Shown in pieces: positions 26,475-39,604 of a DNA stretch of 64,000 nucleotides. The DNA comes from Octopus bimaculoides (taxonomy: Eukaryota). The position numbers were made by a program, and so were the translations under genes. Position 1 is the first letter of the stretch. Each line of letters starts with the position of its first letter. The notes under the pieces were generated by a model, which was given only the letters and a program-made list of their open reading frames with translations, did no database searches and had not been told where the DNA came from. The DNA is taken from the NCBI RefSeq assembly GCF_001194135.2, contig NC_068999.1, positions 12,916,239 through 12,980,238 on the forward strand. Direction: 5' to 3'.

Positions 26475-27350
26475 ATGAACATCGCTACGCCGTACGAAGT
26501 TTCGCTACAAAGAATAGTAATACCCTCTACATTGCCCATGCACCCTATAAGACTAACCATCACCAGTACCCAGCTCCAGCCCCATACCCACAACCTCTAC
26601 GGTCACCGAGAACCTCAAAACCAGCACCACCACCACCACCACCATGAAAAAAGGAACAACAACAAAATAATAACAACAAGAATAACCGTTAGGGCATAGA
26701 TAAAACAATCTACGTCTTCATTCGTCACCAATCACTAACATATTATTTTAATGTTCATGGTCAACTAACTCGTCACTTTCACTTTGCCAAAATGCTACTG
26801 CATGCATCCGTCTGTGGGATAAATCCATTTCACGTTTAGACGTTTTCCACAAGGTATCTTCCGTAGTACCATTTTCAATTAAAAGATTCATGTCTTTAGA
26901 TCCGTATACTCCCAAATTTGTGAAAGATATAACCCGTAGCGTGTAAGGCTCTCGAAATCGTAGGAGCGTGACACTGCCTGTGAGTATAACAATCTGTGGC
27001 GGAATTCTTACCATTCGTGGTTTTCAGAGTTACTATTTAAGATTTTATTACCATTACACACAGGCGGAATATGATAAACTATGATATGAAGAAATCCCAT
27101 ACCTATATGTGTACGTACTGCTATATCAAATGGCCGTTTCTGTATTACAATTTTTAATCTGTGTGTTCTCAGCATAATGAAAATGTTTGAAAGAACGTAT
27201 TTTTTCCAGCTTTCCATTATAATACACAGCTACCAACAGAACAGCAAATTCTACGTAGATATCTTGGATAATCTTTCTGTAATGTTGTACTCTAAATTCA
27301 ATGTGTCAGCGGATATTTGATTGTATGTGAACCCTCAGTGGAGCCTGGCA
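26475..27350 (+). pseudogene. Probable decayed intronless rhodopsin-class (peptide-receptor-like) GPCR
   Basis: Frame 1, 26752-27174, has only 2 stops in 141 codons. Ordered TM-like motifs: YEVSLQRIVIP (TM1 start), VFHKVSSVVPFSIKRF (TM3, ERF-like), RRSVTLPVSITICGGILTIR (TM4), YLYVYVLLYQMAVSVLQFLICVF (TM5/6), DNLSVML..NVSADI*LY (TM7). A CAC/AAC repeat interrupts it at 26560-26690. Recognised by eye only. Confidence 0.45.
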
Positions 27351-28248
27351 TTTTCAGAATAAACCCTGCACTATATGCACATAAAACAAACTCATTTTAG
27401 CATTCAAACGCACACTCACATACACACAATTATACACACACACGACATGCATGAACACAGAAATACAGAATAGCAGAATACAAGGTCACAAACATACAAA
27501 CCCAGCCACTAATGTACCTTCTAACGCTCTTTTATATCATTTTCATTTATTTCAAAGACTAGAGATTTGTAACGTCAGACATGCATATATTTTGAATGAC
27601 TTTTACCGTTCCTAACAATCAGGCTGTTGCATGTATTCTTTATGCTTCAGCAAGTTAATTTTTTTCTGTCTACCTCCCGAGCATCCAACATACACATTCC
27701 ACGGTTCCATTGAAAAGGGCTTATACCTCATTTATCTGCAAGCCCACAACTAGTTGGTTTCTGTCTTCCTATATCACAATTCCATCAACATAATTTCTTT
27801 TGCCCCATTACTCCTAGGTAGGTAAGACGATCAACATTTGCTATTGGGTGGCGCATGTTCTAAGATGTTCGTAGTTTTCTTGACTTACTGTCCGGGCTTT
27901 GGAGCTCTATAAGCTTGTAGTTAATGATGTTAAAACTATGTTGGACTACTGGAAGAGCCAGAGCGTTAATGGCTGCGATGCGATCTTTGGAGTTGATTTC
28001 AGTTTTTAGTATGGCTTTTATAATCCTCTTATACTCCTTTCTTATATTTTCTTCAAATTTTCTCTACTCTGTATTTATACATACATACACACACACATAC
28101 GCGCACACACATGCACACACACACATACACACATATATACATACATACATACATGCATACACACATATTTGTGTGTGTGTGTTAAAAGCTGGCAAGTTAC
28201 ACGAAGAGTCGTAATTGTACACACACACATATATACATACATACTTAC

Positions 28249-28358
28249 ATAAAACGTTAAGAGGTGGTAACGTATACAAAAAATCTAAATTATATATATA
28301 TATATATATATATATAATTTAGAATGTTTGTATACGTTACCACCTCTTAACGTTTTAT
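28249..28358. repeat. 110-bp palindrome: 42-bp inverted arms around (TA)13
   Basis: 28249-28290 is the reverse complement of 28317-28358 with 2 mismatches. Confidence 0.95.
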
Positions 28359-29151
28359 TACATTTAATACATACTTTTGCTTCAGAGAACATTTACATAA
28401 CAACATATCTCTTTATATGAATGTATAGATACTTGGGGCAACTAAGAAAATGAGCCATTATTATTACTATTGTTATATAGTACAATTGAACTTGAACTAA
28501 CAGAAAACAAAAAGCAATAGAAAACGAAAAGAAAACATATGACATTGTGATTATGGTTAACAAACAGAAAAATATAGTTTGAGGTTAATACGTCAAATAA
28601 TGATTAAAAAAAAGAAAAATGAGTGAAAAGGATAGCAATTTAAAGAACACAAGGAATGGCTTAAAAGGAAAAAGGTAAGATTCTGTTTGAAAAAAGAGTT
28701 ACGATTAAAAGATGACTGAGCCAGGGACACAGTAAGGGACCTAGGACAAATGAGAGAGTGAACGAAAGAGAGGAATGAGTGAAGCGGCTATTGCGAGTGT
28801 ATATGCGTTCCTATGAGAACGCAACTTTGTGTCTTAGTGTATAAGAGATTGACATGATAGCAGTTTCGGTGATTATAATTTTATTATTTCAAATGTCAAA
28901 TTAAACCAAATTTATGAGTGATTATGTTTGTTCTTTTCTTAATCGATGAAAGATACTATGAATGAGAAATGTACAGGAAATGAAAGTGCTGTAGCCTTTA
29001 TGAAAATTATGTTAAATGAATGAGCAACAGCATTAATAAAGCCATTTGAGGCGCAGCCATATCGATACTTTATATTAGTTTCATTTTCTTGAGACGTACC
29101 CGAATTCATTTATGTAGATATATACATTGAACACGGGAGAATCGGGTGTAC

Positions 29152-29212
29152 GGGATTACCTTAGGTTTCCCAACCATAAAGGGTTTAGCTTTATCGGGTA
29201 TCATCAGAGCCC
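29152..29212 (-). ncRNA. Type I hammerhead ribozyme-like motif, second family
   Basis: Minus strand reads GGGCT CTGATGA TACCCG-ATAAAG-ctaaacc-CTTTAT-GGTTGG GAAA CCT-A-AGG TA ATCCC: both cores intact, GUA triplet, stem III ACCT/AGGT, stem I 4 of 5 pairs, stem II imperfect next to the core. Confidence 0.55.
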
Positions 29213-29878
29213 CAAAAGCATGTTTGCCTAAGCCCTCTTAANNNNNNNNNNNNNNNNNNNNNNNNNNNNNNNNNNNNNNNNNNNNNNNNNNNNNNNNNNN
29301 NNNNNNNNNNNNNNNNNNNNNNNNNNNNNNNNNNNNNNNNNNNNNNNNNNNNNNNNNNNNNNNNNNNNNNNNNNNNNNNNNNNNNNNNNNNNNNNNNNNN
29401 NNNNNNNNNNNNNNNNNNNNNNNNNNNNNNNNNNNNNNNNNNNNNNNNNNNNNNNNNNNNNNNNNNNNNNNNNNNNNNNNNNNNNNNNNNNNNNNNNNNN
29501 NNNNNNNNNNNNNNNNNNNNNNNNNNNNNNNNNNNNNNNNNNNNNNNNNNNNNNNNNNNNNNNNNNNNNNNNNNNNNNNNNNNNNNNNNNNNNNNNNNNN
29601 NNNNNNNNNNNNNNNNNNNNNNNNNNNNNNNNNNNNNNNNNNNNNNNNNNNNNNNNNNNNNNNNNNNNNNNNNNNNNNNNNNNNNNNNNNNNNNNNNNNN
29701 NNNNNNNNNNNNNNNNNNNNNNNNNNNNNNNNNNNNNNNNNNNNNNNNNNNNNNNNNNNNNNNNNNNNNNNNNNNNNNNNNNNNNNNNNNNCCCCAACAG
29801 TTCTTTCTTCTTTGTGAAAGTATTTATCATTTATTTCGAAACATATATGCAGGAATTAATTGACATGCGTTTTGCTCC

Positions 29879-29973
<95 letters not shown>

Positions 29974-32089
29974 CACAACTGGACAGACGACAATATAAAT
30001 CTATAGTGAGACATAACATTATCGTTGTAGCTAATGAGGCTCAGACTGCAAAATGCATGTTACACATGTTGAATGGAGTCTCACACATAAAGGTCAATAG
30101 CAGGATAACTTGAAATGTTTAACATGCCTGCTAATTCGTATCATTAGCCTAACTGACACTCCAGAGATCCGGATTTGAATCCAATGGATGTGTACTACAA
30201 CTGTGGATCACAACGGGTAGCCTAAACTGTGCTGGTGCTCTACTCAACATTTAAACAAACTAATAGAACATACCTACTAGTACAAAATATATATCATATA
30301 TATAGATGTTGGACAACATAATGGAAACAACTTAAAATTTCAAACAAATTTATCTTAATATGGGATACGACCAGCTTTGGCAGTAATTACAGATCAGATT
30401 CCACGTGGAATGGACTTGAACAAAGATTGAATTGTTTCCAAAGGAATGTTGGTCCATTCTTCGGCTAAAACAGGAATGACGCAATATTTTGAAATATGTG
30501 CCCAACGTAGAGAAACCGCGTATTACGAATAGTTTAGAAGAACTTTTGAAACAAAGACTTATGTGGAAATATCAATGAATGAATTTTAGCATAGACAATG
30601 GGGTATAATTAAAATATGTTTTGAAGCATATGTGAATAAATAATGGATATATGAGATACAGAAACATCCAGCTAGTTGGATGTTATTCTTGGGAAGGCAT
30701 GCTTAGATATCTGCACACACACACACACACACACAAACATATATTACTAATTAATGAGCGAAATGATATTGGTGTGAGACAGAGGGAAAGACAAATTTAG
30801 GAAACGTATATTGAAATGCACACAGTGTATACACTCGCAGTGATAGTAGAGATTGAGAAGACAGAGAAAGGGAGAGAGAGTGAGAAAATAGAAGAGAACG
30901 ACAGAGAGTGAAAGTGCGAACAATAAAACGATTTTCTTGTTATAGTGGTTTGAAAGATATTGCGGATGATTGGTAACTAAATAGGGATATATTGCAATCT
31001 ATAGGGCATAATGAGAGGTAGAAACAGTACTAGAAAAGAGGGTACATATAAAGAAAATGGGAAAAAAGAGAAAGAAGTAGATCAGCAGAGTTTATTGGTT
31101 GTCGCTCTGAATCAACATCGTAAATGAAATATAGCTTTAGGTTAGTATCTAATGCTGGCATAATTTGTTCAGTGTAACTGGTTTACGAATAATTAGTCGA
31201 TATCATCGTCCTACGTCATATATGACATAATGTACGCACAGCCAGATATAACACAGGCACTCGCATACATACACATAATCACGCACTCAGACATATACAG
31301 ACACGGAGGATTCAACAGAAATTTATTAACCACAAACATACAATAAATACTTCACTGATGTTTGCAGAGCTGAAATGGGGCAATTTATTATTTTCATAAA
31401 TTACATATACACACACTAACCTACGCCCATGCAAAAATGCATAGGCAACTACACACGTACGCTCACACATGCAAACGCTGAAGCATGCACAAGAGAAACA
31501 CACGCACATGTATATTGTTTTCCTTTCGTTTTTCTTTGAATTTGTAACAAATTTCATCTAATATTAAAAACCAAAGATAGGATTGCTTTGCGTAGTTATT
31601 TTCTCTGAAACATCAAATTATATATATATTTACAAATTTAATTTGAAATGAAGAGATATAATTTTTCTTAATTGTCTTTCATGTACATCGTAAGATGGAC
31701 ATTATTGAAAATGAGAATATGTGCATATGAGAGGTTAGATATTAACTAAATCAGCTTCTTTTTTTTTTAACCCAGAACGTTTACATATAAATTAATATTT
31801 GTATATGTAATAATCGTATTATTTTAGATTTCAAGGTAAAAGCTCTAAGGAATCTGTGATGTCTCTCTCTTTGAAATATATTTCATTAAATAGTATAACG
31901 ATACTGGTATATGATCAACCGTAAAACCATAAAGTTCTTAATGTGATCTTACACATAAAGGATAAATTCGAAAATATATAGCAAGTGATTTTATCGTTCT
32001 CGCATCATAAATCTTTAACATCAGTTTGACAATCAACATCGTCAATAAGACTGCAATTTTGATTACTGTACTTCTCTTAATGTTTGCAT

Positions 32090-32770
32090 TCATTAAAGGT
32101 ATCATCATCATCCTCATCATCATCGTCATCATCATCACATTCACCAGCGCCACCACGATCACCCTCGGCGTCATCTTGAAAATCGTCATCAACATCATCA
32201 GTATTATTTTTACCACCAGCTCCAAACTCATCCATCTCATTACCATTCTTCATCATCGTTACACTCACCATGGTCATGATAATCATGATCATCATTATCA
32301 CCACCACCACCTCCACCGCCGCCACCACCACCACCACCANNNNNNNNNNNNNNNNNNNNNNNNNNNNNNNNNNNNNNNNNNNNNNNNNNNNNNNNNNNNN
32401 NNNNNNNNNNNNNNNNNNNNNNNNNNNNNNNNNNNNNNNNNNNNNNNNNNNNNNNNNNNNNNNNNNNNNNNNNNNNNNNNNNNNNNNNNNNNNNNNNNNN
32501 NNNNNCCACCACCACCACCACCACCACCACCACATTCGTCGAAGTCGTCATCATCTTCATCATCATCATAGTCATCATCATCATCATTATCATTATCCTC
32601 GTCTTCGTTGTCGTCATCATCATGTTCGAAACTAATACCAAAATTAGTGCCCTCTCGTGTGTTCGTCACAATCACAACAACTGGAACACCTAGTTACCGC
32701 AGGCTAAGCAGACATCATCGTCATCAACATCATCGATCACTACATATTCATTATATGCACCATCATCATC
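32090..32770. repeat. Compound (CAT)n/(CAC)n microsatellite field spanning a gap
   Basis: Direct inspection. Confidence 0.9.
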
Positions 32771-33549
32771 ACAATCAAACTCACCATTATAATTATTTGA
32801 ATTTGAACGTGACTGGAACCATTAGTGTGTTCTTGTGTTCTTTAGTAATTATTGTACTAATTATGGATTTGTGTTGCACACAATCACTTACAATGATTTT
32901 CAGTTTTTTTTGTTTTTTTTTTGTGAGGTGTAAGAAACAGATCATAGCAGATGACACACAGCCTAATTAATAATGAAGTATTTCGTATTAATTGGCATTT
33001 TTTCTCATATGTGCCAATGTAATCCCATAAAGTTACAGATGGCCCATTTGACTAAGGAACATAGTATTTGTATAAAGCCGTCACTGTATGTTTTGTTTTG
33101 TTTCTTCGTGACGTAGAGTGTGGGATATTGTGAGGCTTCTTGATGCAGAATTAAAATAAAATAAACAAGATATTTGAAATTACGTAAGCCTCCAAAATTT
33201 ATGTATAATTTACATTTTAATGCTAATGCCTTATGCATTTTATAAATGCATGTGACACGATTTTTTTTGTTTTTTTAGGAGAGACTTCGGAAACATCCTG
33301 CCACATGCACAATGTAGCGATATATTTGTAGGCACAAAAATTACCATAGCAATAATATACATTCAGTGATATATCTAGCACTCTTTGCTGGTGTCACCCT
33401 AGGATTATCTAATTGGATTTTATTGTAGGTTAAAAACCGGACCCTCATGAAAGAAGAAAATTAAATATACAACAGATGCCACTAAACAGCTAGTCGAAAG
33501 ACATATGAATAAAAGCAATGTTGCTTTCAGAGAAACAGCCAACGGTGGC

Positions 33550-33552
<3 letters not shown>

Positions 33553-33630
<78 letters not shown>
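33553..33630. repeat. (GA)n microsatellite
   Basis: Direct inspection. Confidence 0.95.
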
Positions 33631-33635
<5 letters not shown>

Positions 33636-36169
33636 ACAAAATTCAAGGGAGCAGGATATGTTGAAAAGAAGCTGCGTACGAAAAATATCATCAAGCCAGA
33701 ATATTGGTATTTATTGGGCATAAAGAAGTGAGGAAAATACATGTTAAACAAATAAATTCATCAGGCAATTAAGCAAACTGTACACTGGACTTATGCGAAA
33801 CCGACATCAAAACGTGAACAAACGGCATACTGAGGCAGTATGCCAAGCAGAGCGCTAGGCCACAAATGGACAAATACGAGTGAGGCTTTTTGGGATAATA
33901 AACAATCAAGGCTTCAGCATAGAAGTTATAAATTATTGATTGAAAAACAATATCAGCATCAAAAACCTGAAGTTCCCACCACTAAAATCAATGGCCAACA
34001 ATTCACCTTCATATACCATGGTTGTAACATTATCCTCTCTCACTAATTTTTAAGCATCATCGTATCTAATTGCTAACATGACGTTTTGTTTTGAAACCTG
34101 TTGCATTCACACGCATATGATATTGTTATGAAACACATCACATTTATCATGAAGCTTACTCCTTGCTATTACTGACAGGTTGACGAAAAAATTGCATTTT
34201 CGTCAACAATTAATTTTTTCAGCATGTCTTAGCAAATTCTATTATGTGCATTCACTTTCACCTAAACTATTAATTTGATTTTTATTTCCCTTAAAACTAC
34301 CCCAATGCCACAGACATACACACAGACACAAACACACTCACATATACTCAAAAAATTATATTTCAATACATTTGTAACAAAAAAGTTTAAAAAATAGTAT
34401 TCGGTTTAAAACTCGTGTATTTCAACTCTCAGGCACATTTTCTTTATGCGTGTGTCTACGTTTGCGTGTATCCGTGCGCGTGTGCGCGTTTATGTACGTA
34501 TGTATGTATGTATGTGAGTACTATTGTGCGTTTTTAAGCTGCATTATTCCCCCCATCCAATTTAGCTCTCCGCATGAATGTCATCGGCAAGTAATCATTT
34601 CTCCACATGAAACAAAAGATGTGTGTCAATGTGCATAGACCTATATTTTTATGGAAGTCACCCGTACTATTAGATATAAATGATCGGTGCTAAATCCCGA
34701 AAAATATTATTCTGATCCCCCAAGTAAAATAGTCGCAAACTGAATAATGGAGAAACCCCCAAGAACAGTAGTGATCTCCCAATCTCATTTCCATAAAACC
34801 TTCGCCTCAAGAATATCCGTCACTAACTAAGGTTTACGGGAGGCTATGTTTAATATCATTATTTCATATTTTTAAGTCAATGTGACCTGAAAGTGAGCCA
34901 ATAATCTTATCAGAAATAATCAAGTCTGTTCTGAGAATATTACTGAATTCTTGTCAAATATGATATACCACATTAACTTTCACTAATGCCATTGAAAGTG
35001 AAATATGAATCACAAAACTCCTTTTGAACAAACATCATTGATATATATGTTTGTTTGTGATGTGAAATTAATAGTGTTGACTTTTAGTTCTGATGTTTAC
35101 AATAAACTCTTCCTTAATATGAGAAATGATAATGTAAAATTATTGTGTAGTTTCAGAATGATATATGTGAATTAACGTACAATTAATAGCTTGCTAAAAA
35201 GAATGGGTTGGGAAGTTGTCAATAGAAATTCTGGAATGTTTGAATTAGATAAGAGGTCGTTTCAATGTCGTTTTATTGATCATTTTATCTGTTACTTGTA
35301 ATTTCGATTGATATATGAGGAAGATTAATAGGCATCATTCTATTTCAGTGTAGTCGTGAATGCATATGTCCTCGAAAATTATTAGAATGTAAATTCCATA
35401 AATAAAGAAAATTTTAAAGGTTTAGTCTTATCTTCCGATATGTGGCAAGAAGTTCAGACTGTATAAATACACTATACCATATGCATTTAGTAATGTATTC
35501 GGGGTTATATACCTTATAATTTATTCATGACCTTGAGATTGTAAACTAGGTGCACTTCTCTGCAATGTTGGACAGAGAGTTTTCTTCTACTAATGCTCTG
35601 AGCAATGACAGTAATATGCACAGGCTAGATATGTAATTAAGTGTATCCTTCTACAACTAATAGAAATATATCAAATATGAAAATTCAGCATGATTTCGAA
35701 ATTATATTACAAATGATAGATATCGCTGTAAAATACCATGATATTATATGTGTAAAGGATGCATATCTAGAGGTATTCGATGTCCGTTGTATATTTAGAT
35801 GTGTAATTATATATATATATATATAATAAAGTAGTAAAAGACATTTATCTTAATTTTCTTAATTCCTGGCAAATTTTTACATGTACATCGTACATCTCTA
35901 ACATAAATTATCATTCACGTCAAAGTGACAACTGAAGTCAGAATCCTTGTCATGACGTCAATTGACTCCAGGTTATGCCATCAGTTTGAAGCAAAACGTG
36001 AAATTTAAAGGAATTACACTGTATACACACGTACACACACAACACACACACACACACACGTATATACATAGACATATGTACATATATACGTTTATACATA
36101 TGCTTATACACATATACATACACACATATGCATACTATTTATGGTAACCGAAAATTTTTTCAACAAATT

Positions 36170-36315
36170 TCGGTGTTCCTTTCTGTCTAAGAGCGTAGGC
36201 TCGAACTGTAAAATACTTTCTCATTTCCCGATTGTTAAACTAATACGTTTCTGTTGTTTACACAATCTTCGGCTTATGTTGTTTTTCTCACTTTTATTGC
36301 AAATTCTCACTATGT
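36170..36315 (+). repeat. Dispersed repeat with GAGC-GTAG-GCTC hairpin, copy 2
   Basis: cctttctgtctaagagcgtaggctcgaactgtaaaatactttctcatttcccgattgttaaactaatac aligns with 15141-15210. Confidence 0.7.
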
Positions 36316-36722
36316 ATATANNNNNNNNNNNNNNNNNNNNNNNNNNNNNNNNNNNNNNNNNNNNNNNNNNNNNNNNNNNNNNNNNNNNNNNNNNNNNNNN
36401 NNNNNNNNNNNNNNNNNNNNNNNNNNNNNNNNNNNNNNNNNNNNNNNNNNNNNNNNNNNNNNNNNNNNNNNNNNNNNNNNNNNNNNNNNNNNNNNNNNNN
36501 NNNNNNNNNNNNNNNNNNNNNNNNNNNNNNNNNNNNNNNNNNNNNNNNNNNNNNNNNNNNNNNNNNNNNNNNNNNNNNNNNNNNNNNNNNNNNNNNNNNN
36601 NNNNNNNNNNNNNNNNNNNNNNNNNNNNNNNNNNNNNNNNNNNNNNNNNNNNNNNNNNNNNNNNNNNNNNNNNNNNNNNNNNNNNNNNNNNNNNNNNNNN
36701 NNNNNNNNNNNNNNNNNNNNNN

Positions 36723-36753
<31 letters not shown>

Positions 36754-39199
36754 TTATCAGTTGAGTCGATCTTATATTGATTGCTACATCCGGTGGAGAC
36801 CTAATGTTAAACAGTGCGAAATAGGAGATGATTTAGTACCTAAACGTAGTTGGAATATGTTCTGCATTAATTCAAGATGATGAGGGATTTAGACTCATCG
36901 CTAAGGAGAACACTTAAGGTAGTATCTTAATATGCATAAACGTCTTAGCAAACCGAATGGGACTAATGTTTCCAATATTTTACTCCATGAATGGTTCTAG
37001 GACAGTGACCATGTACAAAAATCAAAATAGTTTACATTTTGAAAGAGATCATTTATCATCATGTTTAATACACTGGTATAGTGGGTTACAAGCAACAGGA
37101 ATCCTAAATAAAGTTACTGTGAAACGGGAAATATTGAATATAGATTTGATATAGTCGATTAATCCATAGTTGCATATTTGAATATATGGCATTTGATAGT
37201 TTTGGAATTCCGCGGGGCCCTTACATAGTTTTATATTTCATTGACTTAATTCCTCCGGGCGCAAGGTAAGTTTGGTTTAGATGTAGTTAATGCAAAATTG
37301 GTTTTAGAAACATTTAAAACGGAAAATGAAGGAACCATCAAATGTAGCCTAAATGAAATGCTTCAACCTATTAATGCAATATCGGAAGTCGGTCTTCAAA
37401 TAATCAGATATCGTGTCTGTGATATCAGTCGTAAACTTGCCTTAAAGTTGTCAAGTATCAAAAATATGTTAAGGTTTGTGTTACGTGAGCGTAAGTGAAA
37501 ACATTGTCTGAAAAGCTGTTTTTCGATGATCAAAAAATATACCTTATCAGCACAATTTATGCTTACTCGAAAATCAGATAGATAATGAAATGCCAGCAAA
37601 ATTTAGGCATTCGTTTCTATGAGGGCATTCATCAGCTGTAGCAAACCTCCAAAACAGGTTGAATACCTGGGGAGATACAATATGAATTATTAATATAATA
37701 CTAAAGACATCCATATAAAGGGTTTATAAAATGGCTGACATTACGCTACAACCTATCGAATACTTTAGTATCACTACGTAGTCGAAAACAAGATTCCTCA
37801 CCAAACAAAATACTTTCAGGGGTTTTTCATTAAAGAAAATGAAAAATAAAAAAACAGAAAAAAATTCGAAAATTACTGTTTCAATTGAACTGACGAATGT
37901 AAAAATGAGTGATGAAGAGTTCACTTCATTTGGTGTGAATAATGCGAATCCAAAAATCAACTTTTGAAAAAAATATCTCCAATTGTTGATCAAACGAATG
38001 AGATGAAATCGTGTATGGTATACGGATACACACAGAAGAGGAATACATAAAAACACACACCTTAACGTACAGACATATATATATCTACATACATACACCT
38101 ATTAACACACACACACACATATATATATATATATGTGCACACTTATATGTGTTTATGTGTGTGCGTTGTGTCTGAGTATATTTTTGTGTGTGTTTTTGTG
38201 TGTGTGTGTGTGTGTGTGTGTGCGTGATTGTATATGTGTCTACAGACATACAGACATACAGCCAGACAGTTAGAAAAGTAACAACGACAGGCTGCAGATA
38301 TATAGCAAATCCCTAGACATTGTTACAAAAAAAGTTTTACCATCAATTCAAACAATAGGTCGTAGTCAACTAAATCATATGAGTTAGGATAACAGATAAT
38401 TACGTATATGTATATATATATATATATATATCAGCATGTATGTGTGTATGTATGTATATACTGAGACACGGGAACAAAAAGTGAGACAGTATGAGAAAAG
38501 AGAGTGAGAGAGAGATAGTAGAGACAAAGAAAGAAGAATTGTAATGATATTGTATTACATTTCATCAGATTCTTATAAATCAAATATTTCACCAACAAAC
38601 GGTCAGCTTATTGAGACAAGGCTTTTTCTTGGAGTTGCAATTTCGGACATCCATTATTTGAGCTATGTGATAAACTGCGTTTTTCATCTAACGCTGATGC
38701 CTTTACTACTATAATTTTTTCAGAGGGCAAGCTATTTTCAGGGGAGTGGATGGTGATATCAACGACGTCACTACTTCATAGAATTTTATTTTCTCGACAC
38801 CGAGAGGTTCAAAAGCAAACTTACTTCTGGGGATGTTGGGCTCAGAAGGTAAAGAGATAATGGAAATATCCTTTGAAGTATAGAGTTACTTGTCACATGA
38901 ACAATATATGAGCAGGAAGCAAAGGAGTTACAAATGTGTGTGAGGTTGTGTGATAAGGATGAAAGGAAGAATATCAGAAGATGACAGATGAAATAAAATG
39001 ATCGAATAGAGAAAATATATTTGAACGTACGTTTATGCAGCACAACCCGTGATGAAAAGGACCTTCAAATGTCCACGTTCAATTATTGTAGACCAATCAG
39101 CACCAAATATTTAGTATGGACCCTGTGATTTTGTCACTGAAATGATAGTTTTATTGATTGTAATTTCATTTCTTTTGTTATGTTTTGAAGCACTATTTT

Positions 39200-39376
39200 T
39201 TTCTACTGTATGCACGAGGTCTGAAATTTTGGGGGAGAGCGCCAGTCGATTACATCAGCCAAGTACGTAACTGGTACTTAACTTGTCGACCCCGAAAGGA
39301 TGAAAGGTAAAGTCTACTCAGAAGATGAAGACAGACGATATACCATTAAGCATGTTTCCCGGCGTCCTAACGTTTC
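39200..39376 (-). mobile_element. tRNA-derived SINE with conserved core, truncated copy
   Basis: gtcgattacatcagccaagtacgtaactggtacttaacttgtcgaccccgaaaggatgaaaggtaaagtc is shared with 39445-39515. Confidence 0.75.
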
Positions 39377-39380
39377 CTAT

Positions 39381-39604
39381 TTATTTATTGCCCACAAGGG
39401 GTTAAACACAGAGGAGACAAACGAGGACAGACAAATGGATTAAGTTGATTACATCGACCCCATTGCGTAACTGGTACATAAATTACCAACCGAAAGGATG
39501 GAAGGCAAAGTCGACCTCGGAGGAATTTGAACGCAGAACGTAAACAGAGAAAATACCACTAAGCGTTTCGCCCGGCGTGCTATCGTTTCTGTCAGCTCGT
39601 CGCC
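39381..39604 (-). mobile_element. tRNA-derived SINE with conserved core, full head, different tail
   Basis: Minus-strand head ggcgacgagctgacagaaacgatagcacgccgggcgaaacgcttagtggtatt...gttctgcgttcaaattcctccgaggtcgactttgccttccatcctttcgg carries A/B-box-like motifs. Confidence 0.8.

Noticed and set aside
26748-27014. Minus-strand 88-aa ORF with an apparent 34-nt intron
   Set aside because: The intron is implausibly short; the ORF is better explained as the antisense frame of the GPCR relic.
30160-30210. SRDPDLNPMD, similar to the mariner SPDLNP motif
   Set aside because: A single short motif with no supporting flanking similarity.
37590-37645. Minus-strand CTGATGA ATG-ccct-CAT A GAAAC as a hammerhead
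   Set aside because: No NUH triplet or stem I/III pairing follows GAAAC.
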